This document shows, one piece after another, positions 1-8,403 of a stretch of 47,150 bases of DNA. The notes beneath the pieces were generated by a model. The model saw only the letters and a program-made list of their open reading frames with translations, did no database searches and was not told the origin of the DNA. This DNA is from a virus (lineage: Duplodnaviria; Caudoviricetes), in IMG/VR virus record IMGVR_UViG_3300012988_000020, positions 1 through 47,150 of that record. The stretch is one strand, 5' to 3'. A program made the position numbers and the translations under genes. Within the stretch, counting starts at the first letter, position 1. Every line of letters starts with the position of its first letter.

Positions 1-89
1 AAGGCGACGCATTTCATTGTCGTCAATTATTCGTATGGCAAATTGATCCCTGCTTGTCTCGAGCATGCCGAGCGAAAGATGTACTGAGG

Positions 90-116
90 TCGCGGTCGAA
101 ACACGCCTTGTAATGA
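90..116 (+). promoter_or_regulatory. conserved cassette promoter-like motif, copy 1
   Basis: TCGCG-gtcg-AAAC-acgcct-TGTAATGA; fixed spacing shared by 9 copies; followed by AAGGAG RBS and ATG. Confidence 0.75.
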
Positions 117-136
117 GACCTACACAAGGAGACCCC

Positions 137-289
137 ATGTACACATTTCGTATGCGCACCTACCAAACGCACAACGGCCACCCGTTCCACTTCATTCACA
201 AAATCGAAGTGACTACGGAAGCCCGAGCTGCCGAATTCGCCGACATCGAAACCAGCTGGATCTACTTCCAAGCAGAGCTCAACACCTGA
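137..289 (+). CDS. small hypothetical protein (cassette gene, 50 aa)
   Basis: ATG at 137 after AAGGAG, downstream of promoter motif and followed by a hairpin; the ORF-track start at 65 is probably too long. Confidence 0.7.
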   Translation: MYTFRMRTYQTHNGHPFHFIHKIEVTTEARAAEFADIETSWIYFQAELNT

Positions 290-319
290 GACCCAACACC
301 CCGCAAGGGGTTAGGGTTT
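289..319 (+). terminator. hairpin terminator with GCAA tetraloop
   Basis: acccaac-acccc-GCAA-ggggt-tagggttt; near-identical copy at 552-582. Confidence 0.65.
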
Positions 320-324
320 GCTTA

Positions 325-351
325 TCGCGGTGGAAACACGCCTTGTAATGA
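325..351 (+). promoter_or_regulatory. conserved cassette promoter-like motif, copy 2
   Basis: TCGCG-gtgg-AAAC-acgcct-TGTAATGA. Confidence 0.75.
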
Positions 352-375
352 GAACCACTCACACAAGGAGACCCC

Positions 376-546
376 ATGAAGTTCGTCGTAACCCACAACG
401 CGCTGAACGAAGTCGACGTGCGACTGGCCTACGAAACCAAAGAGAAGATCCGAACGATCCTCATCTGGGGTGCCGCAGGCGTAGTCGCCGTCAGCTCGCT
501 CGCCATCATCGCCAACGACACCAAGAAGAAGTCCCAGTCCAAGTGA
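376..546 (+). CDS. small membrane-anchored hypothetical protein (56 aa, not in ORF track)
   Basis: Translated by hand: MKFVVTHNALNEVDVRLAYETKEKIRTILIWGAAGVVAVSSLAIIANDTKKKSQSK; AAGGAG RBS; one hydrophobic helix. Confidence 0.7.
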   Translation: MKFVVTHNALNEVDVRLAYETKEKIRTILIWGAAGVVAVSSLAIIANDTKKKSQSK

Positions 547-551
547 TTCAC

Positions 552-582
552 AAGCCCGACCCCGCAAGGGGTTAGGGTTTTT
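552..582 (+). terminator. hairpin terminator with GCAA tetraloop and T tail
   Basis: aagcccg-acccc-GCAA-ggggt-tagggttttt. Confidence 0.7.
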
Positions 583-617
583 ATCTTTTTGACCTTATTA
601 TACATGTGAGGATTATC

Positions 618-869
618 ATGAGTGATTCTGAAGTTCTGCGTCGTATTGCCGGCGACGACTCAGTGATGTACGAGGTGGGGCGTCGAGCGGTCGAGGACGT
701 CCTCATTGACTTCCGTGACAGCGGTCTATCTATCCTCGGACGAAACAACGGTCTCGTCGTCAAGTACGCCGATGGAACACCGTCCGACATCATCCGTCTG
801 CCCATCGAAGACGCCGTTCGTATCGCCATGAACGCTATGGCCGATCATCTAGAGAAGGACAAGTCGTGA
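618..869 (+). CDS. hypothetical protein
   Basis: ATG at 618 after GAGG; overlaps next gene by GTGA. Confidence 0.7.
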   Translation: MSDSEVLRRIAGDDSVMYEVGRRAVEDVLIDFRDSGLSILGRNNGLVVKYADGTPSDIIRLPIEDAVRIAMNAMADHLEKDKS

Positions 870-1270
870 GTGAAGAGCAAGAGATTATCGACCGCAACAT
901 GGAGACTCTCGAGAAGCTTCAAGGCGTCGAGAGGGCCCTCTATCGCAAGAGCGTCCCGGAGGAGCGCCTTCGAGTTATTCGTGAGATCGTCGGCGAAAAC
1001 CTCATCGACCCACCCATCTCTCAGGGGCTGGTCGACAAACTGACTCAGGACGCGTGCTTCGCAGCCGACGGCGTCGCGCTCACCAATCGGCATGACCCGA
1101 ACATGACTGGCGCTCAGCAGACAAGAGCTGTAGTTCGCCGAACCATCGAATTCCTGATCGGAAACAACATCGTGGCCGTCGTTGAGCATAACGACTCGCG
1201 ATGGCTCAAGATGGACCCACCCTACGACGAGAACTATCTCGAACCAACCAAGGAGAACGATAATGGCTGA
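866..1270 (+). CDS. hypothetical protein
   Basis: 134-aa ORF tightly packed in operon. Confidence 0.7.
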   Translation: MSEEQEIIDRNMETLEKLQGVERALYRKSVPEERLRVIREIVGENLIDPPISQGLVDKLTQDACFAADGVALTNRHDPNMTGAQQTRAVVRRTIEFLIGNNIVAVVEHNDSRWLKMDPPYDENYLEPTKENDNG

Positions 1271-1607
1271 CACCGATTACAACGACGGTTACGACTCGAC
1301 CGTTGTCCCGACAAGGGATGTGAGCAATGGTGAGATCGCTGTCATGCTCACGATCGTCGTCGGCGCAGTCGCCGGCTTCGTTGCCCTCTTCCGCTACGAG
1401 GCGAAGGAAGAGAAGAAGCGAGAGGCTGAGGCCAAGGAGACGGAGCGCAAGCGTCAGAAGGAGCGCGACGAGTTCAACGCCTGGGTCGACGAGCAGCCCA
1501 GCAAGGGCAAGGTCATCATCAAGCCGCAGGTTGGTACGCACATCGCCATTCCTGTCGACGCCTACAAGGACATCGAGATCAAGCGTCTGCCTGGCATCCG
1601 TTACTAA
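1263..1607 (+). CDS. single-pass membrane protein
   Basis: AAGGAG RBS; hydrophobic IAVMLTIVVGAVAGFVALF followed by a charged helix. Confidence 0.7.
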   Translation: MADTDYNDGYDSTVVPTRDVSNGEIAVMLTIVVGAVAGFVALFRYEAKEEKKREAEAKETERKRQKERDEFNAWVDEQPSKGKVIIKPQVGTHIAIPVDAYKDIEIKRLPGIRY

Positions 1608-1624
1608 CTATGTAGGGAGCTGAC

Positions 1625-1999
1625 ATGAAGTACTATCGCGATTGGTGGCTCCTCACCACATTCTGGTGGGGGCTACTTATGCTCGACACGGTTCTGTTTG
1701 TCGTGGCTGATTGGCCGTGGCCGAGTGACTTCTTCGGCTTCTGCGTGCAACTGCTTGCGGGCCTTGGCGCTATCGGATTGTTCATTTGGGCTATCGTTCT
1801 GTGTATGGCTCGTCTTGATACCCACTTCGAAAAGTTGCCGTCAGGGGAGGAACTCGAGAACCTCAAAGCGAATGAGGAGCTTGATCTCCAGTTCAAACTG
1901 CTCAAGCAGGAAGAAGAGCTTTTGCAGCGACGTCAACAGCTCGCGGCTCGACGCGAAGCTTATGTGCAGAAGTTGGAGCGAGAAAGCGGTCTCCGCTGA
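1625..1999 (+). CDS. membrane protein (2 TM plus coiled coil)
   Basis: two hydrophobic segments, then E/Q/L-rich heptads. Confidence 0.7.
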   Translation: MKYYRDWWLLTTFWWGLLMLDTVLFVVADWPWPSDFFGFCVQLLAGLGAIGLFIWAIVLCMARLDTHFEKLPSGEELENLKANEELDLQFKLLKQEEELLQRRQQLAARREAYVQKLERESGLR

Positions 2000-2202
2000 T
2001 GTTCGCGTTCTACGACGAAGAGACGAATGAGCTGCTCGGGCACGCTCATTCATTTCTTCCCTGTCACCGACAGGACGAAGGCGATGACCACCCGCCGCAC
2101 GTGCATGACCAAATGTTTCAGTGGGGCCCGTTCTTCTGTGCGGGTCTCCCTGAAGTCTCAACGTACACCATCGAAGAAAAAACCGATAAAGGAGTTACAT
2201 GA
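1999..2202 (+). CDS. hypothetical protein
   Basis: TGATG coupling; His-rich 67-aa ORF. Confidence 0.6.
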   Translation: MFAFYDEETNELLGHAHSFLPCHRQDEGDDHPPHVHDQMFQWGPFFCAGLPEVSTYTIEEKTDKGVT

Positions 2203-2903
2203 ACGACATCACTTTCCGCAGCGACTTCGACTGCGAGCTGGTAGAGGTGGCAGGTTCTGACGCCATGATCTGCAAGGCGGCTCGTGTGTCAACGCTCGGA
2301 GCAGAGTCGATCGACACCGAGGAGTCGGCCGGCCTGATCAATTTCCTCATGCGCAATCGTCATGGGTCTCCGTTCGAGCACGCTATGTTCATTGCTCGGA
2401 TCTCCGGCCCCATCTTCATGTGGCGAGAGTTTATGCGTCACCGCATTGGCGTGAGCTACAACGAGCAGTCGGGTCGTTACATGGAGCTCAGCCCCGTGTT
2501 CTACCTGCCGCCGGAGCACCGTCCGCTCATCCAGGAAGGCAAGGCTGGCCACTACACCTTCGTTGCCGGCAACGAGCAGCAGAAGGGCATCGTCAGCTCG
2601 GAGCTCACCTACGCATATCGTGTGGCGTGGGAGTCCTACCAGCGCATGCTGCAGACGGGCATTGCCAAGGAGGTAGCTCGGATGTGTCTGCCGGTCGGGG
2701 TGTACTCGACCGCGTATGTCACGCTCAACCCCCGCAGCCTCATGCATTTTCTCTCGCTGAGGACGAAGGACGACAACTCGACGTTCCCGAGCTACCCGCA
2801 GTGGGAGATCAACCAGGTGGCGAACGCTATGGAGGTGTTCTTCAAGGATGCCTTCCCGCTCACGCACGACGCCTTCCAGCAGCATGGACGCGTAGCCCCG
2901 TAA
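2199..2903 (+). CDS. thyX: FAD-dependent thymidylate synthase
   Basis: HGSPFEH, ThyX signature RHRxxxSYNEQSGRY, KEVARMCLP, N(P)RSLMHFLSLR, QWEI. Confidence 0.95.
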   Translation: MNDITFRSDFDCELVEVAGSDAMICKAARVSTLGAESIDTEESAGLINFLMRNRHGSPFEHAMFIARISGPIFMWREFMRHRIGVSYNEQSGRYMELSPVFYLPPEHRPLIQEGKAGHYTFVAGNEQQKGIVSSELTYAYRVAWESYQRMLQTGIAKEVARMCLPVGVYSTAYVTLNPRSLMHFLSLRTKDDNSTFPSYPQWEINQVANAMEVFFKDAFPLTHDAFQQHGRVAP

Positions 2904-2932
2904 GTTCAAAACAATCGTAAAGGAGTTCCTCT

Positions 2933-3859
2933 ATGGCCCGTAATGACACTATCGAGCTCCTGAACGAGACGGACCAGCTGGGCTACCGTCTTGCATGGCA
3001 GCTCTTCCAGTACGACAACGAGCGGGTCGTCTATGGCGACGGCAGTGGCTGGCAGCCTGGCGACCCGCTCTTCACCCACCCAAACTTTCTGGATGATGAA
3101 GAAGGCAACTTCGTTCGGCCGTTGATTGAGACCTACAACGACAACAATTTCGAGGAGTTCCATTTCCTCAACTACGTCAAGGTCCCGATCTGTCTTGATT
3201 GTTTTGTGGCGTGGGAGGACTTCGCAGAGCCGTGTTGGAACTGTGGATACTTCGTTGACGAGCCTCTCCGATTCACCAGAGGATATGTCTACCCCACAAA
3301 CCATGGACCCGTCAGTTTTCCTCGTCCTGTACATGGGACGGTCACGGGGCGTCGAGTTATGCGTCAGCCAGAGATGCAGGTCATCTCCACACATATTGAC
3401 CGCATCACTCGAATCTACCGAGATTTCGGCGTTGCTGCACTCGAGGCCGCTCAACAAATCAACGACGGATTTGCGTCGGCACTGCGTGACATGTTCGACA
3501 GCATTGAGCGTGAGACTGACTACATGTGGTTTGACGTAGAGACGTTCGACTTCCCTGCAGAAAGAGATCGTGACTTGTGGTGGCGAGTCAACACAGCGCC
3601 TATGCGTGGGTTGAGTTCGCGTCGTCTTTGGATTGACGAGTGGGTCTCTGAAGTTCCTTCCAAGGAGATCGATGTCACCACGAAAAGCGGAGTGCGTATC
3701 ACGATTCCGCGAGACTGGCGTCAAACCAAAACCCCACCCGTCCCTCAAAGCACCGATCGCATCATAACTAGCATCGTGACCCAACACCGTCGCGCCCACC
3801 CTACGTGGTATGGCGAGGAGTTTGGCACAACCAGACAGGAGGATCGATGGCGTCGATGA
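2933..3859 (+). CDS. hypothetical protein with Zn ribbon (CLDC..CWNC)
   Basis: 308-aa ORF with AAGGAG RBS; see finding on PolA- and terminase-like peptides. Confidence 0.7.
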   Translation: MARNDTIELLNETDQLGYRLAWQLFQYDNERVVYGDGSGWQPGDPLFTHPNFLDDEEGNFVRPLIETYNDNNFEEFHFLNYVKVPICLDCFVAWEDFAEPCWNCGYFVDEPLRFTRGYVYPTNHGPVSFPRPVHGTVTGRRVMRQPEMQVISTHIDRITRIYRDFGVAALEAAQQINDGFASALRDMFDSIERETDYMWFDVETFDFPAERDRDLWWRVNTAPMRGLSSRRLWIDEWVSEVPSKEIDVTTKSGVRITIPRDWRQTKTPPVPQSTDRIITSIVTQHRRAHPTWYGEEFGTTRQEDRWRR

Positions 3860-4062
3860 TGTTGCCGACTGGTAGGGTTATCAATCTCTCGTGCGATTTT
3901 GAGGCTGATTGTTTTGCCTACCAGTATTGCGCGACTGAATGTCCTCCTACGCTGCTCGATGTTCTGAAGGACTCGGCTCGATTAGAGCATGAACTCAACC
4001 TGCTACCACACAACGACCCAGACCTCAAAGCGGTCTGCCCTATCTGCTGGAGAAACATATGA
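3847..4062 (+). CDS. Cys/His-rich hypothetical protein
   Basis: AGGAGG RBS before ATG 3847; C-terminal EHELNLLPHNDP...CPIC. Confidence 0.65.
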   Translation: MASMMLPTGRVINLSCDFEADCFAYQYCATECPPTLLDVLKDSARLEHELNLLPHNDPDLKAVCPICWRNI

Positions 4063-4475
4063 AGAAGATCCTTGAGTGGTGGCATAGCTACCGCCTTATC
4101 GCCGGCATCTTGGCAGGAGTTCGTTCTCTCCTGAAGGTGACTGAGTACAACAAGCAGCTCAACCTCGCTACGACCATTCGCAGGTATGAGTGGTGTATTG
4201 GCACGTCCAACTACCTTGAGTTCGGTCCGTTCCGCAAGCTCACCTTCTGGCAGCTCAAGCGCACCGAGAAGATGCTTCTGAACTTCAACTTCGCTGGCTT
4301 CCGTATGTCGGACGCCTACACCCAGGCGATGGAGCGGGAGCATGAGCGGGCCGAGGCTGAGTTCAATGCGGCCAACCCCGACTTCGCTGCTTTTATTCCC
4401 GGGCCCGAAGGTGAAGACCTAGCCGAGTCCACCGATATGCACGACCACATTGAAGAGGAGCACACCCATGGCTAA
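4059..4475 (+). CDS. hypothetical protein
   Basis: 138-aa ORF in packed operon. Confidence 0.65.
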   Translation: MKKILEWWHSYRLIAGILAGVRSLLKVTEYNKQLNLATTIRRYEWCIGTSNYLEFGPFRKLTFWQLKRTEKMLLNFNFAGFRMSDAYTQAMEREHERAEAEFNAANPDFAAFIPGPEGEDLAESTDMHDHIEEEHTHG

Positions 4476-4629
4476 CAATCTTTCTCTCGACGACCTGAGC
4501 AAGGCCCACGAGCGTCTTGCTGAAGCCCTCGTTCGACTTCCGTCGTCCAACGAGGTTCGCAAGGAAACTGAGGCGGCTCTGATCTCGATCTCTAAGGCCA
4601 TCGTCAACAAGATCCGTTGGGAGGGCTAA
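4468..4629 (+). CDS. small helical hypothetical protein (53 aa, not in ORF track)
   Basis: GAGGAG RBS; MANNLSLDDLSKAHERLAEALVRLPSSNEVRKETEAALISISKAIVNKIRWEG; TAATG coupling to next gene. Confidence 0.65.
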   Translation: MANNLSLDDLSKAHERLAEALVRLPSSNEVRKETEAALISISKAIVNKIRWEG

Positions 4630-5105
4630 TGCCCAAAGTTCTCTTCCAAATCCCCATTCAAGATGGGTTTCACGGTAAGTCGTGGCTTCTCGAGACTGCC
4701 TACGATCTCGATTTCCTCCCCGATGAGGGCGACTACTTCCATCCGTTGAAGAACGACTCTGAGTCTGGTATGTCGATGCAGGTCTACCGCCGTTGGTGGG
4801 CGGAAGATGGTTCGGTGCAGATCAACACGCACAAGCACATCCTTGACCCGCCGGACGACTTCGACATGAGGAACTACGTGAAGATCTATCGCACGTGGTG
4901 GACTGAACGAGACGGCAACCTGGTCGATCTTCTTCTCGCCAATGGTTGGTGGGAGTACGACCCCAACAAGGAAGACGAGCCTGCAAAGCCGACGTCTGAA
5001 CTCACCGATATTCTGCAAGAGACCTTCCAGGCGGCGGTGGATGTTGTCGTTCGACGGCTCCTGTTCGGCGATGTTCCGGTGAAGAAGGAGGAACCCAATG
5101 AGTGA
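4629..5105 (+). CDS. hypothetical protein
   Basis: ATG overlaps previous stop; 158 aa. Confidence 0.7.
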   Translation: MPKVLFQIPIQDGFHGKSWLLETAYDLDFLPDEGDYFHPLKNDSESGMSMQVYRRWWAEDGSVQINTHKHILDPPDDFDMRNYVKIYRTWWTERDGNLVDLLLANGWWEYDPNKEDEPAKPTSELTDILQETFQAAVDVVVRRLLFGDVPVKKEEPNE

Positions 5106-5364
5106 GGCAGCAGAGCGGCAGCCAGGTGGCGGGCGTAGGTACGACGTAGTGACGGTCCTTGGCTTCGACGCTAAGTCTGTGAACTTCCTCGTCTGTCCTG
5201 ATTGCGGGAACATGGTCGGTGGCGACAAGCAGAACGAGCATGACCTCTTCCATTTCATGCTGGACAAGTCGGACAGGGCGCTGGCAGATGCGCTTTCTAT
5301 CTTGTCTGAGCCCAAACCCAAGCCTAAGCCCAAACCAACAGCTGAGCCAGTCAAGGAGGAGTAA
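5098..5364 (+). CDS. small Zn-finger-like protein
   Basis: CPDC...HxxxH; PK-repeat tail; AGGAGG RBS. Confidence 0.65.
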   Translation: MSEAAERQPGGGRRYDVVTVLGFDAKSVNFLVCPDCGNMVGGDKQNEHDLFHFMLDKSDRALADALSILSEPKPKPKPKPTAEPVKEE

Positions 5365-5564
5365 TGGGTTGTTCCTACGATCACCCTGCGCCTAGTCCGG
5401 AGAAGGTGAAGTTTGTCGTTGATGAATTTTCCTACAACCAATTCTCTACACCGGCTACCTCTACCTGTTTGCGGTGTGGGTCTCTGGTGGTTGGCGGACC
5501 ATATTCTCGGGGTCTCATCGATGTACACATCAAGGTCTGTCCTGGACGAATCAAGGAGGAGTAA
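5364..5564 (+). CDS. small Zn-finger-like protein
   Basis: CLRC...HxxxC; TAATG coupling. Confidence 0.6.
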   Translation: MGCSYDHPAPSPEKVKFVVDEFSYNQFSTPATSTCLRCGSLVVGGPYSRGLIDVHIKVCPGRIKEE

Positions 5565-5782
5565 TGTTCGAAGACGACGACCCTAGGCGACTGAGACTCT
5601 ACGCCAAGATCGCTGCTTTGCTTGCGATTGTGCATGCGATTCGCTTCGTCTGGCTTCTCATCAACCCTACCGATGAGAACCGGATGGACGTTCTGTTTAC
5701 CGCCCTGCCGTGGGTGTTGCTCTCTGCGGCCTTCTTCGATCTAGCTAAGGCGAAAGATGCAAGGCTGCCTCGGGTGCGGTGA
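5564..5782 (+). CDS. small 2-TM membrane protein
   Basis: AAGGAGGAG RBS, ATG 5564; two hydrophobic segments. Confidence 0.65.
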   Translation: MFEDDDPRRLRLYAKIAALLAIVHAIRFVWLLINPTDENRMDVLFTALPWVLLSAAFFDLAKAKDARLPRVR

Positions 5783-5823
5783 GGATTTCAATATCGAGTG
5801 TCATCATACTATCAGGAGAAACA

Positions 5824-6174
5824 ATGAGGAAAGTCGTTGCATACGAAGGAAGAGAGACGCCCGACGGTCGCACCATTCTGCCGAACGCACTCGTCACTTC
5901 TGAACCCACAATCCCGGTTATTCTCGATCGATACCCAGCAAGCCCTAAGCTGATCGGTACCGCCGCAGAGATGCAGCGAGACGATGCTGGGAGCATTTCA
6001 TTCGACATTGAGGTTGATGACATTTCTCTGGTCAAGGGGCACACGCCCATGATCTACCTCAGCAATGTCAAGGGTGAGGTGACTGAGGATCTGGTGTCGG
6101 AGATTCATCAAGGCACCATTCGTGAGATCTGCTACGTCAAGGGCCCGAACGCTTGGGGTGAGACCTTTGAGTAA
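5824..6174 (+). CDS. degenerate HK97-type prohead protease paralogue
   Basis: DGRTILPNAL and GTIREICYV match DGRTILPGAF and GNIREVSLV of the head protease starting at 38605; catalytic His and Ser not evident. Confidence 0.6.
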   Translation: MRKVVAYEGRETPDGRTILPNALVTSEPTIPVILDRYPASPKLIGTAAEMQRDDAGSISFDIEVDDISLVKGHTPMIYLSNVKGEVTEDLVSEIHQGTIREICYVKGPNAWGETFE

Positions 6175-6757
6175 GCTCATTGTGCTCGGCCTTGGGGTGG
6201 CGTTTGTGGTGTGGTGTTACTTCGTCATTTGGTACTCCATCAAGTCAACGAAGAAGCGTAGGAAGAACCGTTCGGGTCGGGAGGAAGCTGAGCGCAAGCG
6301 CATGCTGACTCTTACAGCCATCGGCGAGCATGAGAACAACTTGCTGCCGCATATCGACCCCAACGTCATTGCGGTCTGCACTGTCCCTAGCTGTAATTGG
6401 ACTGAGCTCGACGACAAAATGGCTCAAGCTAGATTCGGTAAGAAGGTTCACCCAGGCATTGTCTATCCTGAGGTGAGCAGTCTGCGCGAACAATACCAGG
6501 ACGTTCCAGCCGAGCCGATTCTCAGGCCTGAACCTCTGCCGGTCGATCTTCGTGCTCGTGAAGAGATGATGGATCGAGCGCTACATGCGTTCAACCTCTA
6601 CCGACCGTTGCTCACAGCGAACGAGGCACGGGAGTTAGGTTATCCTTCGGAGACCTTGGCTTCTAAGCTTCGGAAGCTGGACAAGCAAGATCTCACACCC
6701 GACGAGCGCGATGCTGCAGAGCGCTATATCCTAGCTACTTGGAGGCATACCGAATGA
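6167..6757 (+). CDS. N-terminally membrane-anchored hypothetical protein
   Basis: probable TTG start at 6167; TM helix then basic stretch; EHENNLLPHIDP motif. Confidence 0.65.
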   Translation: MSKLIVLGLGVAFVVWCYFVIWYSIKSTKKRRKNRSGREEAERKRMLTLTAIGEHENNLLPHIDPNVIAVCTVPSCNWTELDDKMAQARFGKKVHPGIVYPEVSSLREQYQDVPAEPILRPEPLPVDLRAREEMMDRALHAFNLYRPLLTANEARELGYPSETLASKLRKLDKQDLTPDERDAAERYILATWRHTE

Positions 6758-6978
6758 CGCAAAGTTATCAAGATGCGGCCGCTCGTATTCGCATGCGGGA
6801 CGGGTTCTGCCCCGAGTGTGGAGCCCGTCCTGACGCACACACCGACGACAACCGTTTCTGGCTCCTTCCTAGTGGTTGTGATCTGACCATTCAAGGAGTT
6901 CTTGACCGTATTCAACATTTCAACGATGAGCTGGAGAAGACCAATGCGGAAGACGAGCGAGCGCAGGACTCAGAGTAA
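6754..6978 (+). CDS. small Zn-binding hypothetical protein
   Basis: GGAGG RBS; CPEC...H...C. Confidence 0.65.
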   Translation: MTQSYQDAAARIRMRDGFCPECGARPDAHTDDNRFWLLPSGCDLTIQGVLDRIQHFNDELEKTNAEDERAQDSE

Positions 6979-7351
6979 GCATGGCAGCGCAGTAGCAACG
7001 CACCCCAGCTTCAAAGATCGGCCCACCGACGAGGTCTTCGATATTGTCGAGAAGGTCGAGGCTCCTGATGACGAGCAGATGATTCCTGAGAAGATCGCCC
7101 GCCGCAAGGGCTACATCACGTTGCAGCAATTGGCTCGTGTGATGGACGTTCCCGTCAACACGCTGTACAACGCAAGTTGGTGGAGTTCTCACCGTGGTCG
7201 TTGGGTCGGTAGGCGTCCTGCTGCTGTCGGGCGTTTGCAGGTTGATCGCCCCCACGGAGGATGTCCGTTTTTGTATCGACGTGCCGAACTCCTCGACTGG
7301 GTTCGGTCAAACGACGACCTTCGAGCGCAACTTCCTCCCGAACTACAGTAA
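6944..7351 (+). CDS. winged-helix DNA-binding protein (excisionase/MerR-like)
   Basis: YITLQQLARVMDVPVNTLYN ... FLYRRAELLDWV pattern; start uncertain. Confidence 0.65.
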   Translation: MRKTSERRTQSKHGSAVATHPSFKDRPTDEVFDIVEKVEAPDDEQMIPEKIARRKGYITLQQLARVMDVPVNTLYNASWWSSHRGRWVGRRPAAVGRLQVDRPHGGCPFLYRRAELLDWVRSNDDLRAQLPPELQ

Positions 7352-7364
7352 CTAAGGAGCATAT

Positions 7365-7808
7365 ATGTGGGATCCTAAGGTCCACGTGGGAACAGCCGCA
7401 GTTGTCGTCAGTGACACTGATAGAGTTTTGGTGTTGCGACGAGCGCCTGATGCTGCCCACGGTGCGAACCAGTGGGGCCTGCCTGGTGGTTGGGTTGACC
7501 AGGGCGAGCACATCGAGACTGCGGTCTTGCGTGAGTTGCATGAGGAGACCGGCATGCTTGGCCGTTATCCTAACCTTGTCGGGGTGGTGAGTAACCACTA
7601 TCCCGATCCGATCAACACCGTGATCTGTGTGTTCTACCAAATCAAGTACGAGAACGACGAGCCGTACAACACTGTCATTGCTCAGCTCATGGAGCCCGAT
7701 AAGGCTCAGGACATGCGTTGGTACACATGGCAACACCTCAAGACTCTCGACTTGTTCCCGCCGCTGCGTTCGTTCATCGAGAGCGGTCAATATCTAAAGT
7801 GTAGTTAG
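7365..7808 (+). CDS. Nudix hydrolase
   Basis: Nudix box GGWVDQGEHIETAVLRELHEETGM. Confidence 0.92.
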   Translation: MWDPKVHVGTAAVVVSDTDRVLVLRRAPDAAHGANQWGLPGGWVDQGEHIETAVLRELHEETGMLGRYPNLVGVVSNHYPDPINTVICVFYQIKYENDEPYNTVIAQLMEPDKAQDMRWYTWQHLKTLDLFPPLRSFIESGQYLKCS

Positions 7809-7816
7809 GAGGCATT

Positions 7817-8239
7817 ATGAGTTGGCATACCGCTATAGTTGAGACCCTTCTGCGTGGGTCTGATCGTCAGCTCTACCACACGAACGCACATTTCAAACAC
7901 GACCTCGACACTCTCGTTAGCATGCTGCCTGCAATGGTGGATGGATTGGCTCGGGCTGCTGAGTCCGATGAACTACGAGACCGACAGCTGCATAAGCTCC
8001 AACAGACATCGAGAAACGTCATGTTTGTCCCGGACTATTTGATTGACGCGGGCCTACCCAATGTGGTCGAGAGGCTTCGTCCCCTGCGCGTCGACAAGCA
8101 CTGCAACTGCAACAGCCCTCGATTCTCTGCCGGCGACAAGCCGATTGAGGCGTGGTGGCGCTGCATGGCGTGCAAGGGGCTGGTGTGGGCAGGTAATGGG
8201 CCGGAGCCTCAGGACGAGATCTCTTGGAGCAACGGATGA
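7817..8239 (+). CDS. hypothetical protein with C-terminal Zn ribbon
   Basis: AGGAGG RBS; CNC...CMAC. Confidence 0.65.
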   Translation: MSWHTAIVETLLRGSDRQLYHTNAHFKHDLDTLVSMLPAMVDGLARAAESDELRDRQLHKLQQTSRNVMFVPDYLIDAGLPNVVERLRPLRVDKHCNCNSPRFSAGDKPIEAWWRCMACKGLVWAGNGPEPQDEISWSNG

Positions 8240-8266
8240 CTGATTTTCTAACACGAGGGGGTTTTA

Positions 8267-8401
8267 ATGGCGGAAACGCTATGTAAGAACTGTGGTCAGC
8301 GCATTCTCATGCAGATCTACAAGAACACAGGTTACTGCTGTGAGGCTTGCAAAGAGGCGCCTGAGCGACTGACATCCGACAACATCACTATCCAGGAGTA
8401 A
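8267..8401 (+). CDS. small Cys-rich Zn-finger protein (44 aa, not in ORF track)
   Basis: MAETLCKNCGQRILMQIYKNTGYCCEACKEAPERLTSDNITIQE; GAGGGGG RBS. Confidence 0.6.
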   Translation: MAETLCKNCGQRILMQIYKNTGYCCEACKEAPERLTSDNITIQE

Positions 8402-8403
8402 CT

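Noticed and set aside
5311-5340. PKPKPKPKP repeat
   Set aside because: Short low-complexity linker with synonymous variation; no sign of a functional DNA repeat.
6944-7351. Excisionase implying an integration module
   Set aside because: No integrase, att-like site or host genes in the window, so lifestyle cannot be inferred from this HTH alone.
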